Part shown: piece by piece, positions 35,470 through 45,245 of the stretch
Position numbering within the stretch: the stretch's first letter is position 1
Layout of the letters: each line of letters starts with the position of its first letter
Program-made: the position numbers and the translations under genes
Assembly (NCBI GenBank): GCA_045111995.1
Contig: JBGUHI010000034.1
Coordinates: forward strand, 66,308-130,307
Direction of reading: 5' to 3'
Length of the DNA: 64,000 nt
DNA from: Candidatus Limimorpha sp.
GTDB taxonomy: Bacteria; Bacteroidota; Bacteroidia; Bacteroidales; F082
The notes under the pieces: generated by a model
Database searches by the model: none
What the model saw: only the letters and a program-made list of their open reading frames with translations
What the model was told of the DNA's origin: nothing

Positions 35470-36468
35470 TTATTTTAGTTCATCTATGGTATATCGGTTC
35501 AGGAAACCTTGGCTCAGGTGGAAATAGACCCACGGGAAGTCGCGGTCGATCTGGCGGTCAAGGTATTGTTTCGCTTCGGCGAGCAGTTCGGGCGTGATGG
35601 TCTCAATCTTGACGGTGAAGCCCGCGTTGACGTAAAGCCCTTGCACGAAACCGTCTTCCTTCACGAGGTAGAGGTTGTCGTCCTGCTTCTCGAACATAGG
35701 CGTTTGGAGGTCGTCCTCAGTGAGGCCGTTGATGAGTTTCACCTGCCCGAAATGATTGGTGACGATGCCCCACGAGTAGATGGGCAAGATGACATCGAAG
35801 TCGAGCGGGTAGTCGTTGATGTTGGTCGTGTAGGCCTTCAGCAGTTCCATGTCGAGGATGGAGTTGCGTGTCATGCCTTCCATGGGACTTGAGGTGGCGT
35901 AGCACATCAGGCTGCCCCTGCTGACAGGCGGCACGCCAGTTTTCTCGCGGTCGCGGATCTGGTGCAGTCGCAGCGTGCAACTGAGGTTGCGCAGCGACTT
36001 CTCGGCCAGCGCCTCAAGGAACCGGAAGTAGGTGTCGCGGGTGCGTTCCGTCCAGTCGCAGTCGATTTGGATTTCGTCGTAATGGATGTCGGCCTTGCCC
36101 ATATAATGCGCGATGCCGTTGCAGACGTTGGCGGCCAGCCGTGAGACAGACTCGTCATCGGTGCGATTATAGAACGTCTCGTTGGTGATGAACACCACGG
36201 GGATGACCGTGACGCTGTCGTTGGGGAGCACCTCTTTGTCGAACCCCTGTATGGGCCCAACAGGGACAGCCACGCCACCTTCCATGGCCACGTCGAAGAG
36301 ACGGACGAAGAGGCGTTGGCTCCCGAGTTGGCTGAAATACCCACGCTCCGTCTCCCCTATCGCACACTTCGACTTCCAGTAATAGAAGTCCACGTCGTGA
36401 CTACGCTTGGGCGAGCAAGCGGCCAGCACAAGTGAGAGCAGGACGATAATGAGCAAAAAACGCTTCAT
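35470..36468 (-). CDS. Hypothetical lipoprotein (332 aa)
   Basis: Start MKRFLLIIVLLSLVLAAC (lipobox). The track ORF's N-terminal extension to 36606 would overlap topB. A -7 box lies at 36487-36494. Confidence 0.6.
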   Translation of the reverse strand: MKRFLLIIVLLSLVLAACSPKRSHDVDFYYWKSKCAIGETERGYFSQLGSQRLFVRLFDVAMEGGVAVPVGPIQGFDKEVLPNDSVTVIPVVFITNETFYNRTDDESVSRLAANVCNGIAHYMGKADIHYDEIQIDCDWTERTRDTYFRFLEALAEKSLRNLSCTLRLHQIRDREKTGVPPVSRGSLMCYATSSPMEGMTRNSILDMELLKAYTTNINDYPLDFDVILPIYSWGIVTNHFGQVKLINGLTEDDLQTPMFEKQDDNLYLVKEDGFVQGLYVNAGFTVKIETITPELLAEAKQYLDRQIDRDFPWVYFHLSQGFLNRYTIDELK

Positions 36469-36509
36469 ATAGGTTTTATTTAGCGGCAAAGATAGTTTTT
36501 TTTCGATAA

Positions 36510-38555
36510 TCAGAACGTCTTCCTCCACCCGCATCCATTCCTCCATTTGGAGCATCCGTAAGCCGTCTTGCCTTTGATGACATGCCCTTTGCCGCATAGC
36601 GGACATGGTTGTCCGATGATGGCGTCGGGATTGGCTTCCGCTGTCGCTGGTTTGGCTTTCTTCGGTTTGGGTGTCGGGTCTTTCTTGGGCGTCGCTTTCT
36701 TCGGCTTTTCCTCCACCACCGCAATCGCTACACGACGGTTGCTGTTATCCATCATCACCGTGGTGACAATCTCCGTGACCATCTGTTTCAGTTCGTCAAG
36801 AAATTGTCGGGCTTCGTATTTGTGTTGCTCAATCTCGCGGAGTTTCTTCTCCCAGATGCCCGTCAGTTCGGCACTTTTCAGCAAGTCTTCACGGATAAGT
36901 CCGATGAGTTCGATGCCCGTTGGCGTGGGTTCGAGGCTCTTGCGCACCTTTTTTATATAATTGCGCTTAAATAGGGTTTCTATGATGGCGGCACGTGTGG
37001 AAGGACGCCCGATGCCGTTTGCTTTCATCACCTCTCGTAGGGCTTCGTCGTCAACTAACTTGCCTGCCGTCTCCATGGCACGTAGCAGGGTGGCCTCGTT
37101 GTATGGCTTTGGCGGCGAGGTCCACTTTTCGGCTAATTGCGGCTGGTGAGGCCCGTGTTCGCCTTTGGTGAAGACGGGCAAGGTCTTTTCCTCGTCCTCC
37201 TGCCCTTCCTTTTTCTCATCGTCCTGTTTCACCGGCTTGATGACCTCGCGCCATCCCGGCACCAAGATTTGCTTGCCCGAAGTCTTGAATTCCACCTCCT
37301 CCACTTTGCCCAAGACCGTAGTCGTAGCAAACTGACAGTCAGGGTAAAACACGGCGATGAAATGGCGGCACACCTCATCATAGACCTTTTCCTCGGCAAA
37401 ACTCAATCCCGTGGGCACTACGCCCGTCGGGATGATGGCATGGTGGTCGGTGACTTTGCTGTTGTCGAACACCTTCTTGCTCTTGGGCAGTTTCTTGCCT
37501 GACAACGGCGCGGTGTATTGGGCGTAATTGGTCAGTCTCGCCAAGATGTCGGGACACTTGGGATAGATGTCGTCGCTCAAGTAGGTGGTATCCACGCGCG
37601 GATAAGTGGTGTATTTCTTCTCGTATAGGCTCTGTATGGTTTGCAGGGTCTGTTCGGCGGAGAAACTGTATTTTTTGTTGCACTCCACCTGCAACGAGGT
37701 GAGGTCATAGAGCCTTGGTGGAGCCTCTGTGCCGTTTTTCTTCTGCACTCCAGTCACCTCAAACTCTTTGCCCCTTATCGACTCGAGCGCTTTTCTGCCC
37801 TCTTCTTCGTTCTTGATGCGGTTGCGGAACTTGTCGGTGTTTCCCGATTCTTCATCTTCGGGAGCCACCATGTTAAAGAGAGTGTCGCGATACACCGTTG
37901 AGAGCAGCCAGTACTGCTCGGGCTTGAAGTTGGCAATCTCATGGTAGCGGCTGACTATCAACGCCAAGGTAGGCGTCTGCACCCTGCCGATGGACAACAC
38001 CTGTCGGTTTTGGCCATATTTCAAGGTGTAGAGCCGCGTGGCGTTCATGCCTAAAAGCCAGTCGCCGATGGCGCGTGAGAGTCCCGCCTCGTAAAGCGAC
38101 TGAAAATCAGACTGGTCTCTCAGGCTCTTAAAGCCTTCGCTGATGGCCTCTTCGGTGAGCGAGTTGATCCAAAGGCGTTTCACGGGACACTTCACTGCGG
38201 CCTTCTGCATCACCCAGCGCTGGATGAGTTCGCCCTCCTGTCCGGCATCGCCGCAGTTCACGATTTCATCGGCCTTCTGGAACAGTCCCTCGATGATGTG
38301 GAACTGTCTCTCGTAGTTCTTGTTGTCTATCAACTTGATACCGAAACGCGGCGGAATCATCGGCAACCGGCTCAACGCCCACGCCTTCCATTGGTCGGTG
38401 TAGTCGTGAGGCTCCTTCAGCGTGCAAAGATGTCCGAAAGTCCAGGTCACCTGATAGCCGTTGCCTTCCATATAACCATCATGTTTGGTATTGGCTCCCA
38501 ACACTTTGGCGATGCTACGGGCGACATCCGGTTTTTCGGCGATACAGACGATCAT
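36510..38555 (-). CDS. topB: DNA topoisomerase III (type IA)
   Basis: Toprim N-terminus (MIVCIAEKPDVARSIA, TWTFGHL). Active-site region QSLYEKKYTTYPRVDT. Lys/Pro-rich tail with a C-terminal CPLC...C..W..GC zinc-ribbon. Confidence 0.85.
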   Translation of the reverse strand: MIVCIAEKPDVARSIAKVLGANTKHDGYMEGNGYQVTWTFGHLCTLKEPHDYTDQWKAWALSRLPMIPPRFGIKLIDNKNYERQFHIIEGLFQKADEIVNCGDAGQEGELIQRWVMQKAAVKCPVKRLWINSLTEEAISEGFKSLRDQSDFQSLYEAGLSRAIGDWLLGMNATRLYTLKYGQNRQVLSIGRVQTPTLALIVSRYHEIANFKPEQYWLLSTVYRDTLFNMVAPEDEESGNTDKFRNRIKNEEEGRKALESIRGKEFEVTGVQKKNGTEAPPRLYDLTSLQVECNKKYSFSAEQTLQTIQSLYEKKYTTYPRVDTTYLSDDIYPKCPDILARLTNYAQYTAPLSGKKLPKSKKVFDNSKVTDHHAIIPTGVVPTGLSFAEEKVYDEVCRHFIAVFYPDCQFATTTVLGKVEEVEFKTSGKQILVPGWREVIKPVKQDDEKKEGQEDEEKTLPVFTKGEHGPHQPQLAEKWTSPPKPYNEATLLRAMETAGKLVDDEALREVMKANGIGRPSTRAAIIETLFKRNYIKKVRKSLEPTPTGIELIGLIREDLLKSAELTGIWEKKLREIEQHKYEARQFLDELKQMVTEIVTTVMMDNSNRRVAIAVVEEKPKKATPKKDPTPKPKKAKPATAEANPDAIIGQPCPLCGKGHVIKGKTAYGCSKWRNGCGWRKTF

Positions 38556-38556
38556 T

Positions 38557-38612
38557 GGATTTCAGATTTCAAGATTTAAAATTCAAGATTTTAGAGTTTC
38601 GGATTTCAAATC
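38557..38612. repeat. Degenerate heptamer array (RGATTTC-like, ~8 units) spanning the CPA2 stop / topB start junction
   Basis: The sequence reads ggatttc agatttc aagattt aaaattc aagattt tagagtt tcggatt tcaaatc. It overlaps the last ~10 codons of the 38583 gene. Confidence 0.7.
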
Positions 38613-40880
38613 TGCCGCACGCAGTTTCATCAGATATTCAGCTTTGTCTTTTTGTGCCACAAACCACACCAAATCAGCGGGTTGGAAGGTGATTTTCGCT
38701 GAGGGATTGAGGATGAAATGCCTGTCGCGCTCGATGGCAATCACCATGGCGTCGTATTTGTCGGCCAATCCTGAATCCATCAAGGCCACGCCGACGAAGG
38801 GGCTGTCGGGCTCCACCTCCACCTTGTAGAGGTCAACCTCGCCTTCCTCATGTTCATGAATCAACGTGTCATCAAAGACCTCCACCTTGGGCAACAGCAG
38901 CCGCAAATGGTCTTCATGGCCCACGAAAGTAATCCTGTCGAACGGGAACAACTGGAAGTCGGACTTGGGCAACTCAAAGACCTGCTTGCCGCGCTCCACG
39001 CTCACCACGCTCACGTTGTAGTTGTCGCGGAAGTCGGTGTCCCTGATGACTTGGCCTGAATAGGTGCTGTCGGGACTGAGCGTCATTTTCTGTAAGTGGC
39101 AGTTCTCTTGCAGGATTTCGGGGATGGTGAACACCTGCACCGACTGGCGCTTGTTCAAGTTGTCCATGAACCGCTCCTCGATGCGCTTGTAGAACTTCAT
39201 CGCCGGACTCAATGCCTTCAGCAAAATGGTGTAAATCAAGGCAAATCCGATATTGATCAGATGATACCATGGCGAGCCGATGCCGAGACACGACCAGAAC
39301 AGACCGTTCAGGAAATGTTGGATGACACTATAGGCAAGCACCCAAACGATGACAGTTCGAAGAATAAAGACAATGAGTATCAAGGTCTTATTGAAACGGC
39401 TTGCGTCCATTAGCTTATGTGTCGTCTTCACCAAGGTGTGCTTGAAGCCCATCGCCCAAAGGAAAGGCGAAACGAGCACGAGGCTCACCGCCGTGCTGAC
39501 GGCAGGTCCCCACGGCCTCGGCACGTATCTCATAATGAACGAACCGATAAAAAACGCTATCAGGATCACCGCGATGCTGATGGCAAGATAGATGACTATG
39601 TCCTTGAACTGTCGCACGATGAAACTCGCCATGTTTATCTTCTTCCCGCCTTTCACCTTAATCCCTGACTCGCTGTTTTCCAACTTCTTGACCCAGTTCT
39701 TCGGAAAACTCCTGACCACCCATTCGTAACTCGGAACGGCGGCCTTGATGGCGTAGGGCGTGATGAAAGTGGTGATGATGGACACCGAGACGATGATGGG
39801 ATAGAGGAACTCGTCGATGACACCAAAACTCATGCCCAAAGTGGCGATGATGAACGAGAACTCGCCAATCTGGCTGAAGCAAAAGCCGCCTTGCATGGCC
39901 TGTTTCAGGCCCAAGCCCGCCAAAAGCCGACCGACGACATTGCTCAAAGGCTTGAAGATGAGCAAAACAAGGGTAACTACCAGGATCTGCCACCAATAGT
40001 TGACCAAAATCTGCGGGTCGACCATCATGCCCACCGACACGAAAAACACCGCGCCAAACAAGTTCTTGATAGGTGTCGTCACCTTATGGATCGCCTCCGC
40101 CTCAAGGGTCTCGGCAAGAATGCTTCCCATGATGAAGGCACCCAAGGCGGACGAGAAACCCGCCAAGTTGGCCAACACGACCATGAGAAAACACAAGCCC
40201 ACCGAAAACACCGTCAACGTCTCTTCCGACATGAACTTGCGCGACCATCGCAAGACGGTGGGCACCAGGAAAATGCCGCCCAAGAACCACACCACAAGGA
40301 AGAACCCGAGTTTCATCATGCTGGAAACCAACTGCATACCATCGAAAGTCTTGCTCACGGCCAAAGTGGAAAGGATGACCATAAGCAACACGGCCTCAAG
40401 GTCTTCCACCACCAACTCGCCGATGACGTTGCCGCTGAACTTCTCGCGGTGCAGCTTCATGTCATCGAACGCCTTGGCGATAATCGTCGTCGACGAAATC
40501 GAGAGCATGGCACCGAGAAAGATGCTGTCCATCTGCGACCAGCCCAATGCCTTGCCCAGCAGAAACCCGACCACGCACATCGTCACCAACTCGGTAAGTG
40601 CTGTGACGCCAACCGTCCCTCCTACCTTCTTTAGTTTCTTGAAGCTGATCTCCAAGCCGATGCCAAACAACATGAACACCATACCGATTTCGCTCCAGGT
40701 CTCCACGCTTATATGGTCGCTGATAACAGGAAACCACTCGAAATTCGGCCCGATGAGGAAACCGGCAATGATGTAGCCCAACACTACGGGCTGCCTCATC
40801 CACTTGAAAATCACGGTAGTAATACCGGCCGTAACCAGAATCAAGGCGAGGTCGAAAAATAGTGCAGGCAAGGACTCCAT
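38583..40880 (-). CDS. Cation:proton antiporter (CPA2/Kef-like) with two C-terminal RCK_C (TrkA-C) domains
   Basis: Na_H_exchanger-type TM core (GYIIAGFLIGP, ILAETLEAE) and two TrkA-C-like repeats near the C-terminus. Confidence 0.85.
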   Translation of the reverse strand: MESLPALFFDLALILVTAGITTVIFKWMRQPVVLGYIIAGFLIGPNFEWFPVISDHISVETWSEIGMVFMLFGIGLEISFKKLKKVGGTVGVTALTELVTMCVVGFLLGKALGWSQMDSIFLGAMLSISSTTIIAKAFDDMKLHREKFSGNVIGELVVEDLEAVLLMVILSTLAVSKTFDGMQLVSSMMKLGFFLVVWFLGGIFLVPTVLRWSRKFMSEETLTVFSVGLCFLMVVLANLAGFSSALGAFIMGSILAETLEAEAIHKVTTPIKNLFGAVFFVSVGMMVDPQILVNYWWQILVVTLVLLIFKPLSNVVGRLLAGLGLKQAMQGGFCFSQIGEFSFIIATLGMSFGVIDEFLYPIIVSVSIITTFITPYAIKAAVPSYEWVVRSFPKNWVKKLENSESGIKVKGGKKINMASFIVRQFKDIVIYLAISIAVILIAFFIGSFIMRYVPRPWGPAVSTAVSLVLVSPFLWAMGFKHTLVKTTHKLMDASRFNKTLILIVFILRTVIVWVLAYSVIQHFLNGLFWSCLGIGSPWYHLINIGFALIYTILLKALSPAMKFYKRIEERFMDNLNKRQSVQVFTIPEILQENCHLQKMTLSPDSTYSGQVIRDTDFRDNYNVSVVSVERGKQVFELPKSDFQLFPFDRITFVGHEDHLRLLLPKVEVFDDTLIHEHEEGEVDLYKVEVEPDSPFVGVALMDSGLADKYDAMVIAIERDRHFILNPSAKITFQPADLVWFVAQKDKAEYLMKLRAADLKSETLKS

Positions 40881-40944
40881 GATGCGTTTAGTTTATGGTG
40901 CAAAATTACAACTAAACACGGAAAAACCAATGCACAATGGGAAA

Positions 40945-43221
40945 TTAATCTTCAACGGCACGCACATTGTCCATCAGTTCCTTGGCCTTTGGCGATGAGG
41001 CCACAAACCATACCGTGTCGCCCGATTGGAACACTGTGTTGGCGTCGGGGTTGAGCATAAACTCCCCGTTTCGTTCCACTGCAATCACCAAGATATTGTA
41101 GCGGTCGCGAATGTCGGAATCCTTCAACGAAACACCACGATACGGACTGCGGTCGCCAACCACCGACATATAGATGTCCACGTCGCTTTGCGGCCTTTCC
41201 CTGACGAGCACCTCGTCTTCCACTTCCACCTGCGGGCGAAGCTTTCCCAAATGTTCCTCAGTGCCCACAAAAGTGACCTCGTCGGTCGGGAAAATCATGA
41301 AATCGCGGTTGGGCAGGTCGAAAACCGTGTCGCCTCGCTCCACGCTGACGACACTTGCGCCGTATGCCTCGCGGAAATCGCTTTCGGCGATGGTCTTGCC
41401 AACGTAGCGGCTTTTCGGGCTGACGGCCATCTTCTCCAAGGCAAAGTTCTCTTGAAGCACTTCCGGCACCACAAACGACTGCTGAGACTCGCGCTTGTTC
41501 ATGTTTTCCAAGAAGCGGCTCTCTATGCGTTCATACCATTTCATCGCCGGACTTAATCCCTTCAGCAACAACAAGAAAGCCAAACTTGCAACGATGGCTA
41601 TGATGATGTCGTCCATTTGGACGTTGATGGTACGCCAAAACGTGTCATCAAGGAAATGCCTGAAGATATGCGAGGCGAAGAACCAAACGGCGATGAATCG
41701 CATAGCATACAAAAGCCACACCATTCGGCGGTTGGCCTTGTTCGCCTTGACCATCCTCTCCGTTTCCTCGTCCAAATCGTGCTTGAAGCCCAAGGCCCAT
41801 ATAAACGGCGAGGTAATCAACAAGGTGACTGCCAATGCGATAACATCGACATACGGGCGAATCTGGGCATTGCCAATCGGTGTGTAGATGGAGAAACAGA
41901 CCAGGTTCAAGGCCAAAAGTATCGCCGCATAGAGTATGCAGTTCTTGAGTTGGCCCAAGACAAATGCGCGCATCGTCTCGTTCTTGCCGCTCTTCTCCTT
42001 GATACTCTTTTCCTTGTTCCCGAAAAACGAGGTCCAGCTTTCAGGCGTTTTCCGCTCAATCCACCGGTAAAGCGGCTCGCCGCCCTTGATTAGATAAGGT
42101 GTGAGGAAGGTCGTGATGATGGACACCGAAACAATGATGGGATAGATGAAGTCGTCGATGACTCCGAAACTCATGCCCACCGTGGCGATGATGAAGGAGA
42201 ACTCGCCGATTTGCCCGAAACACATTCCGGCACGCACCGAGTTGTGCAGGTTGTCGCCCGAAAGCAACATGCCCACGCCAGAACTCAATGATTTCAAAAC
42301 CACTACAACCACAGTAATGACCAAAATCTGCCACCAATACTGGACCAGAATGGCCGGATTGACCATCATGCCCACCGACACGAAAAACACTGCGCCAAAA
42401 AGGTTCTTGATAGGTGTGGTGACCTTGTGAATCATCTCGGCCTCAAGTGTCTCGGCCAAAATACTGCCCATGATGAACGCGCCCAAAGCCGACGAGAAAC
42501 CGGCTTTGTTGGCTAACCAAACCATGAAGAAACACAAGCCCACGGCAAACACCGTCAGCGTTTCCTCCGACATGAACTTGCGCGACCATTTCAGTATGGT
42601 GGGAATCAGGAACACGCCACCGACATACCATACCAGGAGGAAGAAAACCAGCTTGAACACGCTCATCATCAACACTCTACCATCGAAAGCCGCACTCACC
42701 GCCAAGGTGGAAAGAATCACCATCATCAGGATGGCTGCCAAGTCTTCCACCACCAAAACGCCGATGACACTGCCCGTGAACTTCTCCCCTTTCAGCTTCA
42801 AGTCCTCGAATGCTTTCGCGATGATCGTGGTAGACGACATGGAAAGCATGGCGCCAAGGAAGATGCTCTCCATCTGCGACCAGCCCATGAGCTTGCCCAA
42901 GAAATAGCCGATGATGCACATAAATACCAACTCCGTAAGTGCCGTAATTCCCACTGTGCCAGACTGTTTCTTCAGTTTCTTGAAGCTAAACTCAAGTCCG
43001 ATGGCAAACAGAAGAAACACCATCCCGATTTCGCTCCAAATCTCCACGCTATGGTGGTCGTTGATGACCGGAAACCACGGGAAATATGGCCCGATGAGCA
43101 GACCGGCGATGATATAACCCAACACCAGAGGCTGTTTCAACCACTTGAACAACACGGTGGTGACACCTGCGGTAACGAGTATCAGGGCAAGGTCGGAGAA
43201 TAGTGCAGGTAGTTCGGACAT
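40945..43221 (-). CDS. Cation:proton antiporter (CPA2/Kef-like), tandem paralogue
   Basis: Collinear and highly similar by eye to the neighbouring gene (MSELPALFSDLALILVTAGVTTVLFKW...). The start at 43221 is preferred over 43278. Confidence 0.85.
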   Translation of the reverse strand: MSELPALFSDLALILVTAGVTTVLFKWLKQPLVLGYIIAGLLIGPYFPWFPVINDHHSVEIWSEIGMVFLLFAIGLEFSFKKLKKQSGTVGITALTELVFMCIIGYFLGKLMGWSQMESIFLGAMLSMSSTTIIAKAFEDLKLKGEKFTGSVIGVLVVEDLAAILMMVILSTLAVSAAFDGRVLMMSVFKLVFFLLVWYVGGVFLIPTILKWSRKFMSEETLTVFAVGLCFFMVWLANKAGFSSALGAFIMGSILAETLEAEMIHKVTTPIKNLFGAVFFVSVGMMVNPAILVQYWWQILVITVVVVVLKSLSSGVGMLLSGDNLHNSVRAGMCFGQIGEFSFIIATVGMSFGVIDDFIYPIIVSVSIITTFLTPYLIKGGEPLYRWIERKTPESWTSFFGNKEKSIKEKSGKNETMRAFVLGQLKNCILYAAILLALNLVCFSIYTPIGNAQIRPYVDVIALAVTLLITSPFIWALGFKHDLDEETERMVKANKANRRMVWLLYAMRFIAVWFFASHIFRHFLDDTFWRTINVQMDDIIIAIVASLAFLLLLKGLSPAMKWYERIESRFLENMNKRESQQSFVVPEVLQENFALEKMAVSPKSRYVGKTIAESDFREAYGASVVSVERGDTVFDLPNRDFMIFPTDEVTFVGTEEHLGKLRPQVEVEDEVLVRERPQSDVDIYMSVVGDRSPYRGVSLKDSDIRDRYNILVIAVERNGEFMLNPDANTVFQSGDTVWFVASSPKAKELMDNVRAVED

Positions 43222-43255
43222 AATCAAACAATTTATATGGTGAAAACGGTATCGC

Positions 43256-45079
43256 TTACTCCGCAAACATCCCGTCAATCAAATCTTTGTAGTGTTCGGC
43301 CACCACTTTGCGACGCAACTTCAGGCTCGGCGTGATTTCGCCTTCGTCGATGGTCCACTCGCGGTCGACCAACTCGAAGCACTTCACCTTCTCGAAATCG
43401 CCGAAGAACTTATTGTAGCTCTCCACCTCCTTACGGTAGCGGTCAATGACCTTTTTCTCGCGGATGACCTCGGCATTGCTGGTGAAGGCGACGTGGTTTT
43501 CCTCGCACCATGTCTTGAGGTTCTCGAAATTCGGGACGATCAAGGCGGCGGCAAACTTCTGGTTCTCGCCCACCACCATCATCATGCTGATTAGCGGCGA
43601 CTCGGTGAACTTGCCCTCAATCAAAGCGGGTGAGATGTACTTGCCCATCGAGTCCTTGAAGATCTCCTTCATGCGACCCGTGATCTTCAGCAAGCCGTCC
43701 TCGTCGAACTCGCCGATGTCGCCGGTATGGAAATAGCCGTCCTCGTCAATGGCCAGTTTGGTCTGTTCCTCATCCTTGTAGTAGCCTTTCATCACGGGAG
43801 AGCCTTTCACCAGGATTTCCCCTGTTTCGGGATCGATCTTGAAAGTCACGCTTCCACATGGCACCCCTACCGTTCCCGACTTCACGACACCTAACGCGAG
43901 GCTGTTGGTGCAAATCACCGGCGAGGTCTCGGTCAAACCATAACCCTCGATGATGGGAATGTTCATGGCCGCAAACAAGCGCACCAAACGGGGCTGCAAA
44001 CTGGCGCCACCCGAGATGATGAACTCCAAACGCCCACCAAACGACTTCCTCACTTCCTTGAAAACCAACTTGTTGGCCCAATACAACTTGATACGATAGG
44101 TCCTATTGTTTTTCTTCTCGGTCTCGTCATATCGCTCGGCCAACTGGAAGGCCCAATGGAAGATGCGTTTCTTCATGCCCTTCAGTTTGTCGCCCTTGCG
44201 CACGATGCCATTATACACCTTCTCGATGACACGCGGCACGGTGGTGAAATGCTCAGGCTTGATATCGGCGATGTCGCGCATGATGGTGCCAAAGTTCTCA
44301 ACATAGTAGGTCGAGTTGCCGAGATAGAGATGGGTGAAAAGCACCGAACGCTCGTAGATATGCGACAAAGGCAAGAAACTCACCACCTTGTGCGAACTTG
44401 GAACGGGATAGTGCGGACCGTAGTGCGCCACGCAGGTCATCAGGTTGTAATGTGTCAGCATGACGCCCTTTGGGGTGCCTAGCGTACCGGACGTGTAGAT
44501 GATGGTGGCCACGTCATAGTGTGAGACCGACTCCTTGCGCGCCTGCAAAGCGGCAAGGCTCTTCTTGTCGATCTTCACCGAGACCATCAGCCCGCGAAGG
44601 GTCAGTTGTCCAGCCACGGGATTGAACACAAAGACCTTGGGCTTCTCCGTCATCTTCTCAAGGACGCTTTTGACCTTGTTGAGAAGCAGCGAGCCCTCCA
44701 CGAAAATGACCTTGGGATCGGCGTGGTTAATGATATACTCATAGTCGCTTTGGCGCACGGTGGGATATATCGGCACAAGGATGGCTCCTATTTGCTGTAC
44801 CGCGAAATCGACCATGTTCCACTGCGGACAATTGTTGGAGATGACGGCCACCCGGTCGCCCTTGGCCACGCCAAGACCCATCAGACCCTGGCTGAGCACA
44901 TCCGTCATCTTGACGAAGTCCCGCGCTCGGAATTTCTTCCACTCTCCATCGATCTTGGAGGCAAACATGGCTTTCTTCTTCCCATATTTCTCCACAAACC
45001 TCGGAAGCAGGTCGAATGTACGTGGTGGTATGTCAGCATAAGGCTGAACAGTCTTCGCTTGGGTCTTTTTCTTTTCCAT
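43256..45079 (-). CDS. Long-chain-fatty-acid--CoA ligase (AMP-dependent synthetase)
   Basis: The AMP-binding signature IIYTSGTLGTPKGVMLTH, plus GYGLTETS, TGDIG and a C-terminal lid. The start MEKKKTQ at 45079 is preferred over 45121. Confidence 0.85.
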   Translation of the reverse strand: MEKKKTQAKTVQPYADIPPRTFDLLPRFVEKYGKKKAMFASKIDGEWKKFRARDFVKMTDVLSQGLMGLGVAKGDRVAVISNNCPQWNMVDFAVQQIGAILVPIYPTVRQSDYEYIINHADPKVIFVEGSLLLNKVKSVLEKMTEKPKVFVFNPVAGQLTLRGLMVSVKIDKKSLAALQARKESVSHYDVATIIYTSGTLGTPKGVMLTHYNLMTCVAHYGPHYPVPSSHKVVSFLPLSHIYERSVLFTHLYLGNSTYYVENFGTIMRDIADIKPEHFTTVPRVIEKVYNGIVRKGDKLKGMKKRIFHWAFQLAERYDETEKKNNRTYRIKLYWANKLVFKEVRKSFGGRLEFIISGGASLQPRLVRLFAAMNIPIIEGYGLTETSPVICTNSLALGVVKSGTVGVPCGSVTFKIDPETGEILVKGSPVMKGYYKDEEQTKLAIDEDGYFHTGDIGEFDEDGLLKITGRMKEIFKDSMGKYISPALIEGKFTESPLISMMMVVGENQKFAAALIVPNFENLKTWCEENHVAFTSNAEVIREKKVIDRYRKEVESYNKFFGDFEKVKCFELVDREWTIDEGEITPSLKLRRKVVAEHYKDLIDGMFAE

Positions 45080-45245
45080 ATCCACTGAGAAAACAGTTGC
45101 GAAAATAAGATAATTTCCCATCTACTCAACATATTATCCAAACGAGAGGGATTTTTTTTGAACAAAATGGTGGATTTTATCAACGAAATCATTTTTTTTC
45201 GGCGTTTGCCCAGGAATGATTATCTTTGCATCGTAATAAAGACCG

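Noticed and set aside
35470-36606. N-terminal extensions in the ORF track (35470..36606, 1859..3016, 24676..26064, 40945..43278, 43256..45121, 21377.., 60466.., 46817..47194)
   Set aside because: In each case an internal Met gives a canonical signal peptide or domain start, sits just downstream of a TAnnTTTG box, and/or avoids overlap with the upstream gene. The shorter coordinates are reported instead.
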